Source: Deinococcales bacterium (GTDB lineage Bacteria > Deinococcota > Deinococci > Deinococcales > JAAFIG01). From it: a stretch of DNA of 20,243 nucleotides. Below are positions 16,751 through 20,243 of the stretch, piece after piece. Positions within the stretch are counted from its first letter, which is position 1. Each line of letters starts with the position of its first letter. The translations under genes were made by a program, and so were the position numbers. The DNA lies in the NCBI GenBank assembly GCA_043778225.1, contig JAYWGM010000059.1:1-20243 (forward strand). Direction: 5' to 3'. The notes beneath the pieces were generated by a model. The model searched no databases. It saw nothing but the letters and a program-made list of their open reading frames with translations, and was not told the origin of the DNA.

Positions 16751-17572
16751 ATGAGTCATTTACCCGACCTCTCGAGCCACTACGCCCTCCAACCCGAACA
16801 AATTACAGCTTTCCAGCGCGATGCGGTCACGCTGGTGCAGGGCTTAGCCAGTCCTGAAGAAATTGGTACTTACCGCGAGAAAATCAACCAAGCAGTCGCA
16901 CAATTTAATCAAGAAACCCGCCCCCTGAGCGAACGAGACACCTATGGCATGGCATTTTTGCAGACCATGAACCTCTGGACTCGAGACCAAGCGGTACAGC
17001 AATTTAGTTTTGCCAAACGCTTTGCGCGGGTCGCAGCAGAACTGTTGGGTGTCTCTGGGGTGCGGATGTACCACGACCAAGCGCTCTACAAAGAACCCGG
17101 TGGTGGCGCAACCCCATGGCATCAAGACCAACATTATTGGCCACTCGATACTGATCGCACCATCACAATGTGGATGCCTCTGGTGGACATTCCAGCCGAA
17201 GTTGGGACACTGACTTTTGCCCCCGGTTCGCACACCCGAGGCTACCTTGGCGATTTACCGATTAGCAATAAATCTGATGATGTTTTTAAGGCTTTTATTC
17301 TCGAGAACGGTTGGGAAACCCGCACTTACGGAGCAATGAAGGCTGGCGATGCGACGTTTCATAGCGGTTGGATTCTGCACAATGCCCCCAATAACCCCTC
17401 GCTTACTTTTCGCCGCGAAGTGATGACGATTATCTATATGGCGCAAGATTCACGAGTAGGGATTGCTGACCATGCCAACCGTCAAAACGACCTTGCCGCG
17501 TGGTTGCCCGGTTGTCAGCCCGGCGATTTGGCTGCCAGTCCGCTCAATCCAGTCTTATACTCGAGCCAATGA
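16751..17572 (+). CDS. Phytanoyl-CoA dioxygenase (PhyH) family Fe(II)/2-oxoglutarate oxygenase
   Basis: DQALYKEPGG, TPWHQD (HxD), GTLTFAPGSH, GDATFHSGWILHNAPNN..RR; AAAGGAG SD. Confidence 0.9.
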   Translation: MSHLPDLSSHYALQPEQITAFQRDAVTLVQGLASPEEIGTYREKINQAVAQFNQETRPLSERDTYGMAFLQTMNLWTRDQAVQQFSFAKRFARVAAELLGVSGVRMYHDQALYKEPGGGATPWHQDQHYWPLDTDRTITMWMPLVDIPAEVGTLTFAPGSHTRGYLGDLPISNKSDDVFKAFILENGWETRTYGAMKAGDATFHSGWILHNAPNNPSLTFRREVMTIIYMAQDSRVGIADHANRQNDLAAWLPGCQPGDLAASPLNPVLYSSQ

Positions 17573-20243
17573 ATCACGATATTCGCATGACCGCCAAAAA
17601 AATCCAGTCTCGACTCGGGTGGATTGCAGGACTGGTTTACCGTCAGCATCAGCCACTCGAGCCACTGCGTTTTAAGCATATTCAACTCGAGAAGCCGCCA
17701 CTCGAGGACGATGGCTTGGGGATAGCCCTTTTGCCACGCACGTATTGGGGTGGGCAGGACATCAATTTTGTGCTGCATGGCAGTTTTTGTGTACCAAACC
17801 ATTTTGACCCAACTGCCCCGGTGGCTCTATTTTTGCCACTGGGCGAGGCTGGCGATTTTAGTCATGCCGAGGCGCTGGTTTATCTTGATGGTGTGCCGTT
17901 TGGTACAACCGACCGGCATCACCAAGAAGTTTTACTGACCCCTCAATTTGCCGATGGTGCAGTGCATTCGGTCCTGCTACATGGTTGGACTGGCACACTT
18001 GGGGCAATGGGCGGCGAGTCTGGCAGACAAATTTTTATTGGCGATTATGGCTTGGTGCAAATTGACCAAAACACCCGAGATTTTTTAGCCTTAGCACGAA
18101 CAGCCTTACAAACCGCCAATTTGCTCGAGGAAGTCAACCCAACTAAAAATTTACTCTACAACGCCCTGAATATGGCTTTTATCGCCCTCGAGGCTCGAGA
18201 TTTTTACGCTAGTGTACCAAAGGCGCTCGAGTTACTGCGGGCTGGCATTGCGGCATCGGGTGCGCCACTCGAACTCACCGTGATTGCGGCGGGTCATGCC
18301 CATATTGATGTCGCATGGCTTTGGACACTGGGGCAAACCCGCCATAAAGTTGCTCGGACTTTTCAGAATGTGCTGCGCCTGATGGAACAATTCCCAAGTT
18401 ACCACTTTACCCAAAGCCAACCGCAGTTGTATCAGTATGCGCTCGAGGACAGCCCCGCGCTGTTTGAACAAATTAAAGCCAAAGTCAAGGCTGGGCGCTG
18501 GGAAGTGATTGGTGGAATGTGGGTCGAAGCCGATTGCAATATCTCGGGGGGCGAATCTTTGGCGCGGCAATTAATTTTAGGGCGCAAGTTTTTTACCGAG
18601 CATTTTGGGGCTGGCACAGAATCGCCCGTTTTGTGGCTACCAGATGTCTTTGGCTATGCTTGGAATTTGCCGCAACTGATGAAGCTGGCTGGTCTCGAGT
18701 ATTTTTTTACGATTAAAATCGGCTGGAATCAGGTCAATCAATTGCCCTTTGATTCATTTTGGTGGCAAGGTATTGATGGCACAAAAGTGCTGACCCATTT
18801 TAGCACCACCCCAGACACCCCGTGGAGTGGCGAGCCAAGCACCCCAGACATGAAAAATTATGCGACCTACAACGCCCAGTTAAACGCCTTTGGCGCACTT
18901 GGTTCGTGGGCAAAACTCAAGCACAAAGCTGCCCAAAAAACCATGCTGATGAGCTATGGCTACGGCGATGGTGGTGGCGGACCAACCCGCGAAATGCTCG
19001 AGAACGCCCAAGTGCTTCAATCTTTTCCTGGTCTTCCCCAAGTGCGCCAAGGTCAAGTGATTGATTTTTTTCGGCAACTGCAAGCCGAAAGTGGCACACA
19101 ACTGCCAACTTGGAATGCCGAACTCTACCTCGAGCTTCACCGAGGTACATACACCAGTCAGGCACGCAATAAACGCGCCAATCGCCAAGCCGAATTTTTA
19201 CTGCATGATGCCGAATTTGTCGCCACTTTTGCCAGTCTACTCGAGCCAAGTTTTATTTATCCTCATGCCGCCCTCGAGCAAGCCTGGCAATTGGTTTGCT
19301 TAAACCAATTTCACGACATTATTCCCGGCAGCAGCATCGGTGCGGTCTATCAAGAATCGCTTCAGCAGTACGAGCAGATTAGGCGCTTAGGGAATGGGGT
19401 TCTCGAGTCAGCCCTCGAAGTCATCAAAACACAGGTCGGCGGCGATGTTGTCTTGGTCAATCCGACTGGTTTTAAGCGCTCGGATTTGGCGTTCTGGGCT
19501 GGGAAGTTACCGGCTGGCATGAGCTTTGGGGCTGGGGTCTACACTCAAGAAACAGCCGATGGTACACTGATTGCGACTGATTTGTATCCCTATCGCCCTG
19601 TGGCGTTGCAGTTTTCCCAAACTCCTCAAGAAGAACCTTACGGCTCGTTGCAGATTACCAAAAACCTACTCGAGAACGACCTGTTGCGGGTCGAACTCAA
19701 CGATTTTGGCGACATTGTGCGGATTTTTGACAAAGAAGTCAAGCGCGAAGTCTTGCCCAAAGGCGCAATCGCCAATCAATTTCAGGCTTTTGAAGACCGC
19801 CCTTTAATGTGGGATGCGTGGGACATCGACATTTTTTACGACGACAAAATGTATTTGGCAACCCCAGCCAGCCGTATTCGGATACTCGAGTCGGGGTCTT
19901 TGCGTGTCAGCCTCGAGCTTGAGCGCCAGATTTTAGGCAGCCTGTATACCCAAAAAATTTCGCTGACCCGTTGGAGTAAGGTCTTAAAATTTGAGACCAG
20001 CATAGACTGGCGCGAACGCCAGACGCTCTTAAAAGTGGCTTTCCCAGCCGATATTCTTTCGCCAACCGCCACCCACGAAATTCAGTGGGGACAAGTTGAA
20101 CGCCCAACCCACCGCAACACCTCTTGGGATTGGGCGCGTTTTGAAACCTGCGCTCAGAAATGGGTGATGCTTTCGGAAAATGGCTATGGTTTGGGTTTAA
20201 TCAACGACTGCAAGTATGGACACGACATTCACGATAATGTGAT
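17569..20243 (+). CDS. Glycoside hydrolase family 38 alpha-mannosidase, 3'-truncated by the window end (>890 aa; absent from the ORF track)
   Basis: The ATG overlaps the PhyH stop (ATGA). In-frame GHAHIDVAWLW, FTQSQPQLY, GGMWVEAD, WLPDVFGY, YGYGDGGGGPT, ELYLELHRGTYTSQ, LNQFHDIIPGSSI and NTSWDWARFE. Confidence 0.95.
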   Translation, partial: MNHDIRMTAKKIQSRLGWIAGLVYRQHQPLEPLRFKHIQLEKPPLEDDGLGIALLPRTYWGGQDINFVLHGSFCVPNHFDPTAPVALFLPLGEAGDFSHAEALVYLDGVPFGTTDRHHQEVLLTPQFADGAVHSVLLHGWTGTLGAMGGESGRQIFIGDYGLVQIDQNTRDFLALARTALQTANLLEEVNPTKNLLYNALNMAFIALEARDFYASVPKALELLRAGIAASGAPLELTVIAAGHAHIDVAWLWTLGQTRHKVARTFQNVLRLMEQFPSYHFTQSQPQLYQYALEDSPALFEQIKAKVKAGRWEVIGGMWVEADCNISGGESLARQLILGRKFFTEHFGAGTESPVLWLPDVFGYAWNLPQLMKLAGLEYFFTIKIGWNQVNQLPFDSFWWQGIDGTKVLTHFSTTPDTPWSGEPSTPDMKNYATYNAQLNAFGALGSWAKLKHKAAQKTMLMSYGYGDGGGGPTREMLENAQVLQSFPGLPQVRQGQVIDFFRQLQAESGTQLPTWNAELYLELHRGTYTSQARNKRANRQAEFLLHDAEFVATFASLLEPSFIYPHAALEQAWQLVCLNQFHDIIPGSSIGAVYQESLQQYEQIRRLGNGVLESALEVIKTQVGGDVVLVNPTGFKRSDLAFWAGKLPAGMSFGAGVYTQETADGTLIATDLYPYRPVALQFSQTPQEEPYGSLQITKNLLENDLLRVELNDFGDIVRIFDKEVKREVLPKGAIANQFQAFEDRPLMWDAWDIDIFYDDKMYLATPASRIRILESGSLRVSLELERQILGSLYTQKISLTRWSKVLKFETSIDWRERQTLLKVAFPADILSPTATHEIQWGQVERPTHRNTSWDWARFETCAQKWVMLSENGYGLGLINDCKYGHDIHDNV

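Larger units (their letters stand above)
18..19917. repeat. Highly iterated palindrome CTCGAG dispersed across the window
   Basis: About 115 copies by hand count versus about 5 expected at 50% GC; found in coding and intergenic DNA. Confidence 0.95.

Noticed and set aside
16651..16752. N-terminal extension of the AraC ORF
   Set aside because: It would fill the divergent promoter region and overlap the PhyH start; a -10 box supports ATG 16650.
18..19917. CTCGAG sites as cloning or synthetic artefacts
   Set aside because: The sites sit inside intact conserved reading frames in all phases, with no chimeric junctions.
17515..20107. Many short ORFs in the right-hand 2.7 kb
   Set aside because: They are shadow ORFs of the GH38 gene, which the track omits because it has no stop within the window.

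Overview
This is a ~50% GC bacterial chromosomal window, probably from a Deinococcota member. That call is an inference from DivIVA, a very short pre-shift prfB segment and many apparently leaderless genes. Left to right it holds an AT-rich hypothetical ORF, a fused ABC exporter, prfB with its programmed +1 frameshift, DivIVA, an orphan beta-ketoacyl synthase, a TIM-barrel sugar isomerase/epimerase, a small membrane protein, ybeY and a secreted stalk-domain protein. A carbohydrate region follows: a LacI-controlled Frc-type ABC importer with an FGGY kinase, a phytase-like esterase, and an AraC regulator divergent from a PhyH-family dioxygenase coupled to a GH38 alpha-mannosidase that runs off the window. 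The strongest unexplained signal is the palindrome CTCGAG, about 115 copies by hand count against about 5 expected. It occurs in all reading frames and also forms a terminator and a tandem repeat, like cyanobacterial HIP1. A two-copy octamer-based inverted-repeat element lies directly before two start codons that lack a Shine-Dalgarno.
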